From Octopus sinensis (lineage: Eukaryota), in contig NC_042998.1 in the NCBI RefSeq assembly GCF_006345805.1, positions 132,742,001 to 132,806,000 on the forward strand: a stretch of DNA of 64,000 bases, in the 5' to 3' direction. The notes beneath the pieces were generated by a model. The model was not told the origin of the DNA, did not search any database, and saw only the letters and a list, made by a program, of their open reading frames with translations. The position numbers and the translations under genes are program-made. This document shows, one piece after another, positions 12,460 through 29,120 of this stretch. Every line of letters begins with the position of its first letter. Position 1 is the stretch's first letter.

Positions 12460-15400
12460 ACTTTTTTTTTCTTCTTTCAAATTTGCTTCCATTTCTTGCC
12501 GAGTGTCTTCCCGACTCCTAGGGCAAAGAAACTCATAGTATACATTGGTAGGCCATTAAACCAAACTCAATAGTTCGTTAATTTTTTTTTTTTTTTAAGT
12601 TAAATTAAAATACATGAGCAGCAACTGTTCTCACATCGACAATGCTCTTCTCAATACGTGTGATGTACCAGTTAAGACAATCTTTTGCACTTCTTGCAGG
12701 GATGGTAAGCCAGGGATCATTCTCATATAATTTTCGGTTCCCTTCTTGATCATTCCTAGTGCTCCTACGATCACTGGTATTGTAACCGCCTTGAGATGCC
12801 ACATTTTCTCAATTTCAATAAGTAGGTCTTTATATTTTCTGAGCTTGTCAAACTCTTTCGCTGAGATATTATGATTACAGGGGATGCTCATGTCGATCAA
12901 TAAGCAAACTTTATTGTTTTGGTCTTTCACAACAATATCTGGTTTATTGGCCTTGATGGTTCGGTCTGTATGTATTGGAAAGTCCCACAGAATGGTTACA
13001 TTTTCTCCTTCAGTTACAGCCTCAGGGTGGCGATTATACTACTTGTCGGCAGTTTTGATATTGTAATGCCGACTTATTAGCCAGTGTAGATATTGGCCAA
13101 CTCTGTCATGTCTTAATTTATACTCCACTGGAGCTAAGACTTTACATCCAGAGATTAGGTGGTCCACTGTTTCAATCATGTCGTTGCAGAATCGGCATTT
13201 TGGGTCTGCTCCATTTTTCATCACATTGGCCTGGTAGTTCCGGGTTAATAGGCTTTGATCTTGAGCAGCCAGGATGAAACCTTCGCTCTCTGCTTTTAGC
13301 CCTGAGCTCCGTAGCCACTGATGGGTTTGCTTCTGGTCAACATCAGCTTGTTTGCTGCGGGTCACATATTTGCCGTGCAGAGGTTTCTCCTCCCACATAT
13401 CAGCCAATTGCTCGTGCGCTTTTTTCGTTGCCATTATTTTCACCTTCTTTGCAACAATAATTGCCGTACTTCCCTCGGGTTGTTCTGTTTGGGTATCCTG
13501 CACGAGATCAATAGCAAATTTTTTGCTTTCCTTTATGATAGAATGAAGCTTCTTTCGTCTCTCGTGATTTTCCACGAGCTTTAGCATCCAGTCATTCGAT
13601 ATTTCGAGATATTTGGCCAGTCCAATTGTGGTTATTTTGTAAGCTAGTTCAAATTGGATCAGGCCTCGACCTCCTTGGGCTCTGGGAAGGTAAAGGCGAT
13701 CTACGTCTGCCTTTGGGTGGTGCATCCTATTACAACTCAGCAGCTTGCGTATTTTCCTATCTATATTTTTTTTACTTCACTCATATTCCAGTTCAACACA
13801 TTGTAGCTATAAGTAACAACTGGAACTGCTGAGGAATTTATAGCTAACACCTTGTTACGTGCATTTAGTTCAGATTTCAGGACTGCACGAACTCTCCTAT
13901 AACATTCTTTCCTGATCTTCTCTTTCATGCTTGCATGCTGAATACCAGAGCCTTCATTTATCCCTAAATATTTGTATGTTTGTTCCTGCTCAAGCTCTCT
14001 TATGACTGTGTCAACATCTAACACGACTGAATTTGTGGTCTTCACTTTCCCTTTCTGGAAAGTGGCCTTGGCACACTTCTCAAGTCCAAACTCCATCCCG
14101 ATGTCATCGCTGAATGCTTTCACAGTGCGCAATAGGCCTTCAAGTTCATTATTGTCTTTACCATAAAGTTTTAAGTCATCCATATAAAATAGATGGCTTA
14201 TTTTTTTATTGGCAATTTTATACCCATACCCTGTTCTGTTTAATTCACTTGTAAGGGGTATTAGGGCTATGCAGAATATTAAAGGTGAAAGTGAGTCACC
14301 TTGAAAAATTCCACAGTTGATGTTTATATTTTCTGAGGCAAGTACTCCATTAGAGTGGTATAATTGGAGATTCGTATTCCACAACGACATATTGTGCTTC
14401 AGGAAGTTTGAAATCACAGGGGAAATTTTGAAGATGTCCAGCGATCTCAAAATCCATGGATGCGATATACTGTCGAAGGCCTTTTTATAGTCAATCCATG
14501 CGGTGCTGAGATTTCTGCGCTTGTTGTGACATTTCTCAAGGATCATACGATTGATTAGCAGTTGATCTTTGCATCCGTAAGAGCCTCGGCGACACTCTTT
14601 TTGTTCAATGGGGAAAATATCGTTCTTCTCCATGAATGCATATGTTTTCTCCGCCAGGATAGATGTTAGGATTTTATACGTGGTGGATAGACAGGTTATA
14701 GGCCGATAGTTTTTTGGAAGGTTGGTTTCGTTATTCTTTGGGAGTAGATAAGTAATGCCACTTGCTAACCATTCAGGTGTTTTCTTTGGGTCTCTCATAA
14801 TTCCATTGAGCAGCTGAACTAGCTTACCGTGTGCGCATGGGAGCGATGCGAGCCAGAAATTCGGCACCCTATCTTTACCGGGGGATTTCCAATTATGGGC
14901 CTTCGTGAGTGCCTTTCTTAGGTCTGCTATTGTGATGTCTTCCCATGCTTGTTGTTGTAAATTTTGGTAGGATCCTTCAGTTTGTATAATCCAGTCTGTA
15001 TTTATGTTGTACGTCTTCTTGTCACTCCAAATACTTTTCCAAAAGTTTTGAACTTCTTCCATGGGAGGGGGGTCTTTAACGGTTACTTTCTCCTTCCCTA
15101 TTTCTCTGTAGAATTTTTTGGCATTGGATGTGAACAGCTTATTTTGCTTGTAAAACTTGTTTCTCTTCTCAAATCTTCGTATTCTTTGGGCTTTTGCTTG
15201 GACTTTTTGTTTCAGCGTTTCTTTTATTGATATCAGTTCTTTTCTTGGTGAGGATCCAAATTTTCTCTTCATCTTTCTTCCTGTTCTGGATCTTACATCA
15301 TTTCCACATATTAGTTCATTTAATATTGATATTTCCCCTCTCATAAATTCAATCTCTTTTTCAATTTTACTTCTCCAGGTTTGATTTCTTCCCAGGTTAG

Positions 15401-15749
15401 GTTTTCTTTGTTTTTTCGGGGGCATACAGCTGGTTTCAATTGCCCTAGCAGAAGCGTAAATAATTTCATTTAACTCAGTGAAATCAGGTTTTAATTCTCG
15501 TATTATTTCATTTGTTACATAGTTGCCAATTTGGATTTGTTTTTTATTTTGGTTTGTATTTGAGAGTTTATGAAGTGGTTCTCTATCATTCATACTTGTA
15601 TGTCTTACAACTTCAAGTGTATTCAGGATTTTCTGCCTCATTTCTGCCATAGACTCTCTGTGTTCTTCAGCAAATGCGAGATCTTCAGTTACTGTTGTTT
15701 TTTCGTTTTCCTGGCTATCTTTAACAGGTACAATAGAATTTCTTGTATC

Positions 15750-15750
<1 letters not shown>
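12460..15750 (-). mobile_element. R4/Dong-clade non-LTR retrotransposon, 5'-truncated, young
   Basis: RT, CCHC and PD-(D/E)xK endonuclease order with no APE domain. Both junctions lie in (TAA)n. Confidence 0.93.
12631..15650 (-). pseudogene. RT plus restriction-like endonuclease ORF of the R4/Dong element (one frameshift near 13761, one in-frame stop at 13039)
   Basis: [91 protein letters not shown]. Confidence 0.93.
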
Positions 15751-15825
<75 letters not shown>

Positions 15826-15827
<2 letters not shown>

Positions 15828-15881
15828 CGTTCTGAGTTCAAATTCTGCTGAGGTCGACTATTATTATTATTATTATTATTA

Positions 15882-15918
<37 letters not shown>

Positions 15919-16067
15919 CGTTCTGAGTTCAAATTCTGCTGAGGTCGACTTTGACTTTCATCTTTTCGGGGTCGATAAATTAAGTACCAGTTGCGTACTG
16001 GGTGGATCTAATCGACTGGCCCACTCCACAAAAATTTCGAGCCTTGTGCCTAGAGTAGAAAAGATCA

Positions 16068-16070
<3 letters not shown>
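15826..16070 (+). mobile_element. SINE family B, 5'-truncated, first 34 bp duplicated across an (ATT)n tract
   Basis: TACGTTCTGAGTTCAAATTCTGCTGAGGTCGACT occurs near 15826 and again near 15917. Alternative tail followed by (ATT)n. Confidence 0.85.
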
Positions 16071-16131
<61 letters not shown>

Positions 16132-16150
16132 CATGAATATTATTATTATT

Positions 16151-16448
16151 GAGTGACAGAGCAGCGCATGCCATCAAAGTGACACTGGGGTACAAATATA
16201 CAAAATTCAATATAACTATCATGACTACCCGTCTGATAAAGGTACATCAGGCACATGCATCACAGCCATATGTGCACAACATGGTGATTTTATATCAAGA
16301 TAAACAGCACATGACCGTGCAGGTGGGGCCCAGTTAGAATTCTCTTCGGGTTGAGTAACCCACTCCACTCAAAATAATAAGGTTTATTTAAAGATGAAGA
16401 ATAAAACATCCATGTTTCCAGATGTGAATTATTCAAACCCCAAAGAAG
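16151..16448 (-). mobile_element. Interspersed repeat abutting (TAA)n, possibly another LINE 3' UTR
   Basis: Begins exactly at the end of an (ATT)n tract, like the Dong 3' ends. Its distal TTCAAACCCC(T)AAAGAA also occurs near 38061. Confidence 0.4.
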
Positions 16449-16699
16449 GATTACTCGGAAACTTTCGTGGCAAATATTTAAAATTAAATCTACTTTACTG
16501 CGAGAAAGAGAACATATAAGACAACGTGTGTCAGCTTAGAAGCAGAGGATGAGAAAAGGAAGCGTAAGTCCAAATTTTAAAAGATACTTTTGGAGAAGGT
16601 TATGATTTATTAAATTCACTCTTGTACTTCACTGCTAATATATTTTATCGAACCAGGAGAATCAAATGTACAAAATATTGATCTCAATTTTTGGCACCC

Positions 16700-16877
16700 G
16701 GCCAGTAAGATCAAGTCGAATCATCCCCGGTGCTCAACTGGTACTTATTTTATCGACCTCAAAAGGATGAAGGTGCAAAGTCGACCTTGGCGAAATTTTC
16801 ACTGAACGTAAAGATGGAGGAATTTCCGCTAAGCATTTTGCCTGGCGTGCTAACGATTCTGCCAGCTCATCGCCTTG
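16700..16877 (-). mobile_element. SINE family B copy
   Basis: Reverse complement of head and body (GGATGAAGGTGCAAAGTCGACCTTGGCG...GCTAACGATTCTGCCAGCTC). Confidence 0.8.
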
Positions 16878-17469
16878 TAAATGAGTATAAAATATTGCCA
16901 AGATAAAACTGCTAAAATTTCTAAACAAAAATTAACGAAGTGATTACACTGATTAAGATTTATGAGTTGGGAAGGATGTAATTAAAGCAGTATTTGAAGT
17001 ACTTTGTTATATGATACATACAGGAAAAATGATGGGTAGGGCGCTGGTCAAACGTAGTTAAATTAATGAGAAGTGAATTCAAATCCACTTCAGAGCTACT
17101 TGTATTTCTGAGCAGGACATTTTATTCTGCATTACCCCAGTTATCTACAATATCCATCTGAATCTCTTGTAAAGTTATCTACTATAGTTGAGTGTTCAAT
17201 TTCAAATGATTAACGCTAAAGAAATATATTAAATTCCTGACGTAAGCATTCGTGATATTCAGGAATGAATTTCTTTTACACGCCCAGAATTCGTGCCATA
17301 TAATTTTAAGCTGCCCATTTAACAAATTCAGAATCTAAGAAATAAGATATCGAACTACCAACACAGATGTCGTAAATCGGTTTTGTGTATCCCTGTCAAA
17401 CGATTCATCTTTGTCGTAATGTTCCCGGTTATTGTTGTTGTTGTTTTCACTGCTCTTGATTTTCTTGTT

Positions 17470-17680
17470 GCTCTGCCCTAAGTCGACCAAAATTGAGCAG
17501 ATTAATAATTAAAAGCGTTGCAGTTGTGACCATACGCATCTTTCTTTCAGGCTCAAAATATACAGAATTAAATTATTCATTATATCTTCTTTTTTTTTTT
17601 ATTCAGACGTCAGGGTGTGATTTGAAAGACATTTGGTTGCTACTTATAGCAGATCATGTAATAATGGAGTGACTCCTGTA
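17470..17680 (-). mobile_element. Old SINE-like family D (other copies near 26440-26630, 38590-38760, 38900-39075, 41930-42125, 49045-49250, 58550-58735; inverted piece near 29490-29560)
   Basis: Shared motif GTGATTT..AGATTTGGCTGCTATTTCTAGCAG. Several copies are preceded on + by (GTT)n, read as an (AAC)n tail on the minus strand. Confidence 0.6.
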
Positions 17681-17857
17681 TTTGATTTTACTTTTCGAAT
17701 AATGAAATAATATTACATTGCAGTTACCTCGTTGAATGATACACGAAATATAAACTTGTGTCACACACACACAAAAAAAACTAACTCTCCAACTCTGTAA
17801 GTTCTGCCGATTATTATAATTATTATTATTGCTGTTGTTGTTGTTGTTGTTGTTGTT

Positions 17858-18860
17858 ATTTATGGTTTCGTTTCATTATAACTATATTTCAGCTGTCTTA
17901 GTACCGGGCATCCCCCAGAGGCCAAGAGTTGCAAGGGCACTTTTGTTATGCTATACATGCTAACATTATCAGCACATTTATTCCATTTTAGACGGAGAGT
18001 GCTTTCCGTAGTATATGGGCTGTACCCATCAAGGTTATCTGTTGTAGTTCACGGAGATGGAGTTACCAGGGAGTTACTTAATATACTTTTCAGCTCCCTT
18101 CTTTATTATCCGCAACGCACCAATTACTACTGGTATTAGCGTAGTACAAAGCTTCCACATTTTTGTGATTTCAATTTGCAGATCTTTATAGTGAGAAAGC
18201 TTTTCGCATTCCTTTCTTGAGACATTTTGATCTTGTGGGGCAGACATATCTAGTAACAGACAAGTTCCTCTGTTGTAGTCCACGATCACAATGTCTGGTC
18301 AACTGGAGTCAATTTTCCTGTCTGTTTGTATTGGAAAGTTCCAAAGTATGTTGACACCCTTGCCATTTATAACATCCGCTGGATGGTGCCTGTACCACTT
18401 ACCATGGGATTTAATATTGTAGTATTTACAAGCATTCCAGTGGATGTACTGCCCTGGTCTGTCATGTCTTGTGAGGTACTTCTTTTCAGCGAGGTCTCCG
18501 GTAGCCAGAAACAACATGATCAATTGTCTCTGTGAAATTTCCGCAAATTCTGCACGAGGAGTCAGATCCGTCTTTAAGAACGTTTGCATGGTACTTTCTG
18601 GTAGGTAAGCTCTGATCTTGTGCTGCAATAACAAAACCTTCTGTTTCCCCTTTCGGACATGTCCCTTGTAACCATTGGTGAGTTAGATTTTCATAAATAT
18701 CTGGCTTGGACGGGTGGTTAAGGTATTTTCCATGCAGGAGTTTACCTTTCAAGTTCTCTTCGATATTATTCATGCAAGCCTTCTTTGCTTTTTGTTTGAC
18801 GCTTTTTGCATCAGTGTTAGGTTTGTCACTATTTGGATCTTCTTCTTCTTCTTCTTCTTC
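17858..18860 (-). mobile_element. R4/Dong-clade LINE 3' fragment, distinct 3' UTR
   Basis: LHGKY, ETEGFVIAAQDQSL.TR.Y, CRIC..ETIDHVVSG, RHDR, ILWNFPIQTD, LLDMSAP, K..HYKDL across ORFs 18074..18773. Flanked by (GTT/ATT)n and (CTT)(ATT)n. Confidence 0.88.
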
Positions 18861-22540
<3,680 letters not shown>

Positions 22541-23149
22541 GAATATACATGTCTATGAGGAGACATAAACAAGTATAGCAAAAATCTACTATACCAAAAT
22601 AACTGGTGATACATACTTTACAAGTGTTCTATGAAGAGAACATAAGATTGCTGCATAATTCAACATGAATGTGAAACGACATTAAACATCGTTTAAAGTA
22701 AATGAAGGTTTCTGTAGAAACGCTAAGTAATATTCACTTAGTGAGTTTACATGAGCAAGGATGATTTATGATATTGTCGTCGGCGATATCGGCGATGATG
22801 AATTTCATTGTCCTAACGCCGAGAAAGTGAGCAATAGCTTCATGGAGGCAAACGCAGGCTAGACTTTTTAAGCGGAGAAAAACTTATCTATTTAAGGAAA
22901 TTGCTGGGCTCCATTTCGATAGGTAGAAACTCCAAGCAATGTAAAATATGGCATGGACCATGATTACCAGCATGAATAAGTAATTAACCATTTAATGGTT
23001 TTAGTAAAGTTATACAGAAAACGTATGCATTATACTGTCCATCATAAATAAAAGTCAACTTCATTATATTTTTTTTCTGTAAAAACCTATTCTGACATTA
23101 ATTAAGCCAACTTCTCATACGAATGTTTACATTTGTACGTCATTTTTCA

Positions 23150-23259
23150 ACAAAAAAATTCTAAAGAAAATTCTGGAAACAATCTGGTCATGTAAATTAC
23201 GCACCCACTAAAGATGTTTTTTTTTGCGAAAAAAGTGCGTAAATTAAATGGGTTTTTAC

Positions 23260-23261
<2 letters not shown>
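23150..23261. mobile_element. Possible Tc1/mariner-superfamily (Tc2/pogo-like) terminus
   Basis: Ends GTGCGTAAATTAAATGGGTTTTTACGG|TA, a CCGTA-type TIR followed by TA. Partner TIR not found. Confidence 0.35.
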
Positions 23262-23299
<38 letters not shown>

Positions 23300-23300
<1 letters not shown>

Positions 23301-23665
23301 TAGCAGTATCGCCCGGCGTTGCTCAGGTTTGTAAGGGAAATAACTATAAAGCATTTTTAGAGAGTTATAGCCAAAAATAGCAAAAAAATGGAAAAAAAAT
23401 GATGGTAAATTTTTTTTGAGAGTTAAAAAGGTGGAGTTGCGTCCCCTAGACGGTCTATGGTTTGGGTTTCTGATTCTCGACCCCATGTCGAATTTATCGA
23501 TTTTTTTCAGAACTGGGGGAACTTTTCAAAATTTTCGCTGCGTTAGTTTTGAATTATGACATTGGGCTATGTGTGTGTCAAGTTTCATCAGAATCGGTTG
23601 AAAGCCGTGGTCAGAGTGAGGGTACGAGAAAACAGACACACAGAAAACGCACAGACAAACTGCCG

Positions 23666-23680
<15 letters not shown>
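23300..23680 (-). mobile_element. Non-autonomous Helitron
   Basis: Minus-strand 3' end: GC hairpin CCTGAGCAACGCCGGG, then CTAG|T. 5' end merges into (TA)n. About 65 bp shared with 28604..29120. Confidence 0.8.
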
Positions 23681-23737
<57 letters not shown>

Positions 23738-24149
23738 ATATATATATATATATATACTCATGTTCTGAGTTCTATTTTCCTGTTTGTACCACCAAACTTA
23801 TATGTATATTTATCTGTGTATATATCTATATCATAATTTTACTTGTTCGTTCGTTCACACGTTACGCTTTAGTTTCTTAGAAGAGGGGGTGGAGTGAGAG
23901 TAACCGAGAAAGAAGGAGAGTGAGAGAGAGAGAGGAAGTGTGTGTGTGTGTGAGAGAGAGAGGGGTCGGGGAGTGAGTGAGATAGTAGATAGACAGCTGA
24001 TGCATTACGGTGTCATTCTCATGGTTAGTGAAAATAAGAGATTGGAAAGAAACAAAAAAAATGAAAATGTTAACGTAGTGAAGAGGGGATATACATGGTC
24101 AAAACACTTGGTGAAGTAAAAGGTAAAGATAAAGAGAGAGAGAGAGAGA

Positions 24150-24189
<40 letters not shown>

Positions 24190-24399
24190 TTAACTTGAAG
24201 TGTAATGACTTGAAGTGAAATAATTTAGCAAAATTAAATAAAAATGTATATCATCCTTTTTTTCTTCTTAAATAGCTTCTCTTAATGTTTCCCGTTCCGT
24301 GGAATTTCCACGAGTTCTACTGCTATATATATATATATATATATATAACTAGTTAGTTATATATATATATTATATATTATATATTACGAAATTCGGTCT

Positions 24400-24430
<31 letters not shown>

Positions 24431-24572
24431 GAGAGTGGGGTAAATGTAGGGATAAGCAAATTAGACAGATCAATATATAAAGTGTATTAAATGAAATACA
24501 AATATTGTTTGTGTGTGTGTATATATATACATACATACATACATACCTACATACATACATACATACATACAA

Positions 24573-24608
<36 letters not shown>

Positions 24609-24727
24609 AAAATTCCAACTTAACAGATATAGAAAATTAATTGGGTGGAGAAAAGTATTACAAATTCAACAACTGTTTCTGGAGACACAGCTGTCTCATG
24701 TGTTCGCTCATGTGTGTGTGTGTGGGA

Positions 24728-24975
24728 CGAGACAGGAAAGTTCTATTTTGTTGCTGTGGCATAGTTCAGTTGTTCTGTGGAAGATTCCAGCCAATCAGAG
24801 TTGGAGACGTATGAATAAAACGGCAGTGATCTGCCGCTTTGCTGCTGTAGTGAGTTCGTTCAGCTAAGGCAGATCACTGCCGTTTTATTCCTAGGCCTCC
24901 AGGTCTGATTGGCTGGAATCTTCCACAGAACAACTGAACTATGCCACAGCAACAAAACAGATCTTTCCTATCTCG
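24728..24975. repeat. Long inverted repeat (about 108-bp arms, 32-nt spacer)
   Basis: Arm 24728-24835 is the near-perfect reverse complement of 24868-24975. Confidence 0.92.
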
Positions 24976-25229
24976 CTGCACTCCCCCTGCAGACTGCAAG
25001 CTGATATAAACAAGAAAAAGTGAAAAGCAAAGAAAGAAAAAGTACAAAGCAAAATATTTCAAATGGCAAAAGAAGTATACATTGCATACAGTTGAATAAG
25101 GTACTTAGGTTCAGACACCGCTTTAGGTCGGAATAATATACACACACAACAATATTAAGTAAATATCAACATTTCTTATGCACGTCCTCATATTGTCCGT
25201 TTTTATTCGTTTATTTGAACTGTTTGTTT

Positions 25230-25490
25230 ATTTGAATTGGCGGTCTTATACGTGTGTGTGTGTGTGTTTGAACCTGTGTTTGTCCCTCCCCCACCATCGC
25301 TTGACAATTTTTATTGGTGTGTTCACGTCCCCGTAACTTTGCTCTTCGGTAAAAGACTCCGATAGAATAAGTACTAGGCTTTACAAAGAATATGCCCTCT
25401 GGTCGATTTCTATGACTAAAACACCTTTTAAGGTCGTGCTGCAGCATGGCATCAGTCAAATGACTGAAACCAGTAAAAGAACAAAAGAAG
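25230..25490 (+). mobile_element. SINE family A 3' half
   Basis: CACCATCGCTTGACAA...GATAGAATAAGTACTAGGCT...CAGCATGGC..AGTCAAATGACTGAAAC. Confidence 0.8.
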
Positions 25491-26237
25491 AAAAGAATAT
25501 GTGTTGTGAGATTTTTATTCGTGCGTGTCGAGTGTTTGGATACGTAGGAATTCGTGGGTGTAGGCTATTAAAACCATGCGTTCGCTCAGTTTGTTTTTTA
25601 TCGGTAATATTTCGTATTTCCTTGTTTATTTAATCCTTCATATTTTCTACGAAAGAAATAAGATTTTTAGCTTTATCAAGTTTCTTAGAAAACACGCTGT
25701 CTTATCTTCTGAACGAAGTAGTTATTGCTGACGTTTTTTTCCTAGTATATAGCAATTATATGATTATTGTAGTGTTAATGATGTCATTATTTCGGCTTTT
25801 GACATTTTGTCTGTTATCTCCAAGATCCTTTCAATACACAGTTTGTTTCTCTAATACGTTTGCTTTTAAATTAGCGTAAATCATTAATCGTTTTATTTAT
25901 TTATTTGTTATCATTATTCTTTTTTTTCTGTGGGATAGTCTATATAATATTGTGTTATCAACTAGTATTTTTCTATCGAGTTTTATTTTGTTTTGTGTTA
26001 TGTAATGTTACTGTGTTGGGTTGAATCCTCGTTGAAAATCTATAATGAACTACCAATACTGCTTTTATGGTTCAATAATGCAACAGTAGAAGTCGTTAAA
26101 ATTTCCCAACTTTTATGTTGGAAATTTTTATTTGTTATAATCTAAAAAAAAAACTTTTTATTCATGTGTAAATTATAGTCATCAGAATTTCGTGCAGCGA
26201 TTTGCAAATGTTTTGTTATTGTTCTTGTCTTTGTTGT

Positions 26238-26400
26238 AGATGATGATGACGACGACGACGACGGCGGCGGCGGCGGTGGTGGTGGTGGTGGTGGCTTTTG
26301 TGGTGGTGGTGGTGGTGGCTTTTGTGGTGGTGGTGGTGGTGGCTTTTGTGGTGGTGGTGGTGGTGTCTTTTGTGGTGGTGGTGGTGGTGGTGGTGGTGAC
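26238..26400. repeat. (GAT)(GAC)(GGC)(GGT)n triplet run with a higher-order period of about 24 bp
   Basis: GGCTTTTGT-type interruptions recur every 21-24 bp. Confidence 0.9.
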
Positions 26401-27904
26401 ATTATGATATTTGAACGATTTTGATGATAAGTAATCTATGTTAATAAAACCGAAATTCAGTCTGTCCATCTGGGACCTCTGTATCTTAGTCTAGATTTGC
26501 TCTACATAGACATACACCTTCTTGGAATCAGGATGATCCCGGGATTCAAAATCTGCCCTTCATTTAGTTCTTGAACATCTAGCTGGGATGTGATTTAAAA
26601 GCATTTGGTTTGCTATTTCTAGCAGGCAAAATTTGATTGATTTACACCATCTTCGTGGCGTTTGTCAGATGACGTTAGAAATCAAGGAGGAGATAAATGA
26701 CATTCGCTTCGTTAATTTTACATCGAGATAACGACTTTGGGGCAAATTGGCCAACAGTTGGAAGTCAACTTGAGACTGGAAGAATAGAATAATTGCATTA
26801 CAGAATCAATTCTCATCTATCCTTAACCTCTGATTAAACACCATCGGGGCATATAGTCATTATAAACGTATTATAGTTACGCTGTTTAGCTCTCTTTAGT
26901 TTGGGGCTGCAGACCCAATTAGCCCTCTATATAAGCTAGAACAAAAGTCCGCACAGACTGAGACTTTTTAAAGCTACTATTAATAATTTTGTGGGATTAG
27001 GTGTAATGCATGTTTTGTTTAGTTTAATAAAATTTTTGATAATGTGGTCACCTATTTCATATTTACAGTGCATATTTGGCTCAGGTAATATATTCTATGT
27101 GCGTTTGGTTTAATTTTTACTTAGTATAGTGGCTGTTGTATTTAATGTGCAAAATTTGCTTCTGTGTTGTTCAATAGTTTGATTTATTAACTTATTTGTA
27201 TAAGTTACTGGTTATTGTTTGTATTCATTAATCTATAACATTCGTTTTGTCATGCTTCGATTGCAAATGAGAATCTAAATGTCCTAATGAAATTTTGCAC
27301 CTCTGAAGATATTCCCTATTCCTAAATATGTACAGGCATGTTTATTAAGGATTTTAGTAATACAATTATTGCTTCTTATCTCTATATTTATATGGAGCAG
27401 ATGTACTACTGGGATGTATGCTTAAGATATCGTGAATATTTAAGTCCATGAGAGTTATTTTTTTTTATTTTTCAAGTATTCTTTTAGTTGTGTTTCTTTC
27501 TGGTATGATATAAAGTTCCTGGCTAGGACAACAGAAGAGTATTGTGCACTTAACCGAAAACTGTCGTTCGGTTAATATCATATGGGAAAAATTTATTAAT
27601 GTGTGAGAATTTGGTAGAATTTTTGACCCTCTTTAAAACCTCTCTGTTGTACATTGGCGAGATATCATAGAACTATTTCCGTGTGGATTACTATTGTTTA
27701 GTATCTCCTAAATATTGTTAAATTGCTAATTTCTTGTTCAGTTTCCATATATAGATGAAAGGGTTGTGTTAATCTTTTTTCTTTCTTTTGTCGGTTAGGA
27801 AAGCTGAAGTTTGTGTGAAATTTCTCTTAGTCATTCCTATGTAATGCATTGTAGTGCTGTCAATCAAATATCACATAATGGGGTTACATTGTAGCGGGAT
27901 AGTT

Positions 27905-28098
27905 TATTCTTTTACACTTTTACTTGTTTCCGTCATTTGACTGCGGCCATGCTGGAGCACCGCCTTTAGGCGAACAAATCGACCCGAGAACTTATTCTTT
28001 GAATGCGTAATACTTATTCTATCGGTCTCTTTTGCCGAACCGCTAAGTAACGGGTACGTGAACACACCAACATCAGTTGTCAAGCGATGGTGGAGGGA

Positions 28099-28168
<70 letters not shown>

Positions 28169-28342
28169 GTATACGCATATACGACGGGCTTCTTTCAGTT
28201 TCCGTCTGCCAAATCCACTCAAAAGGTTTTGGTCGGCTCGAGGCTGTAGTGTAAGACAATTGTCCAATGTGCCACATAGTGGGACTGAACCTGGAACCTT
28301 GTGGCAGGGAAGCCAGCTTCTTTACCACACAGCAACTCCTTT
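27905..28342 (-). mobile_element. SINE family A, full length
   Basis: Reverse complement of 86..470 over its whole length, with an internal (CA)n. Confidence 0.88.
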
Positions 28343-28603
28343 ATTACTTTTCTCTCACAATCCTGTTTAAGGAGAGTATAACATAATATTTTTATGTGTG
28401 CACTTTCAATTATTTTCCTTAAATTCAGTAAGCTGCTCAGATAATATGTTTCATATTTGTTGTAAATATGTAGCTGGAATTTTAGGGATAAAGCATGTGC
28501 CAATGAGGGCGAGAAATATTTTTGCTACATTGATTTTGATATTTAGAAAGAGATTGAAGGGGTTAAAATACCGTGATATTACAGCTTATATTCTTATTAG
28601 AGA

Positions 28604-29120
28604 CTAGCAGTATCGCCCGGCGTTGCTCGGGTTTGTAAGGGAAATAACTATATAAGCATTTTTAGAGAGTTACTTCCTTTATAGATGCCAATTCGGGCTT
28701 TCTTAGCCATTTCTGTTTTGGTGTCTTCAAGCCATGAAGTCGTTGTTCTAAAAGAACGCTGGTCTCCTTGACAACGTTTTACGACGTTGATTTCCTTACA
28801 CTCCCTTCCCCACAGCTTCACGAGGGAGGGAAGAAGGGGGAGAAGCAAACACAGGTGCAGGTGTTTGAGCGTTGACGCCAACTCCGCCGCCATCGACACA
28901 CGAAAAATTATGCATTAAAATGGAATAAAAAATGATGTTAAATTATTTTTAAAATCGTAGACTCATCGTAGACGCGCGCTAATAGCCAGACGGACTCGAT
29001 ATTAACCACGACTATAAGATACCCGAATTTGGTTAAACTGCACCGCAAAATGTGGGAGGAGTTAGGAATCTAAATCGTAGGAGACAGACACTCACACAAC
29101 TACAGTTTTATATATATAGA
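28604..29120 (-). mobile_element. Non-autonomous Helitron, intact termini
   Basis: Minus strand A|TCTATATATAT...CCCGAGCAACGCCGGGCGATACTGCTAG|T: 5' TC, subterminal hairpin, 3' CTAG, inserted between A and T without a TSD. Confidence 0.88.

Noticed and set aside
26142-26469. Extensin-like PPPPPQK and mucin-like poly-Thr ORFs
   Set aside because: Read-through of a (GGT)n repeat; no splice or coding context visible.
26950-27900. Strand-skewed AT-rich stretches resembling decayed Penelope RT (also 29150-29400 and 49500-50090)
   Set aside because: No convincing RT or GIY-YIG motif recoverable by eye.
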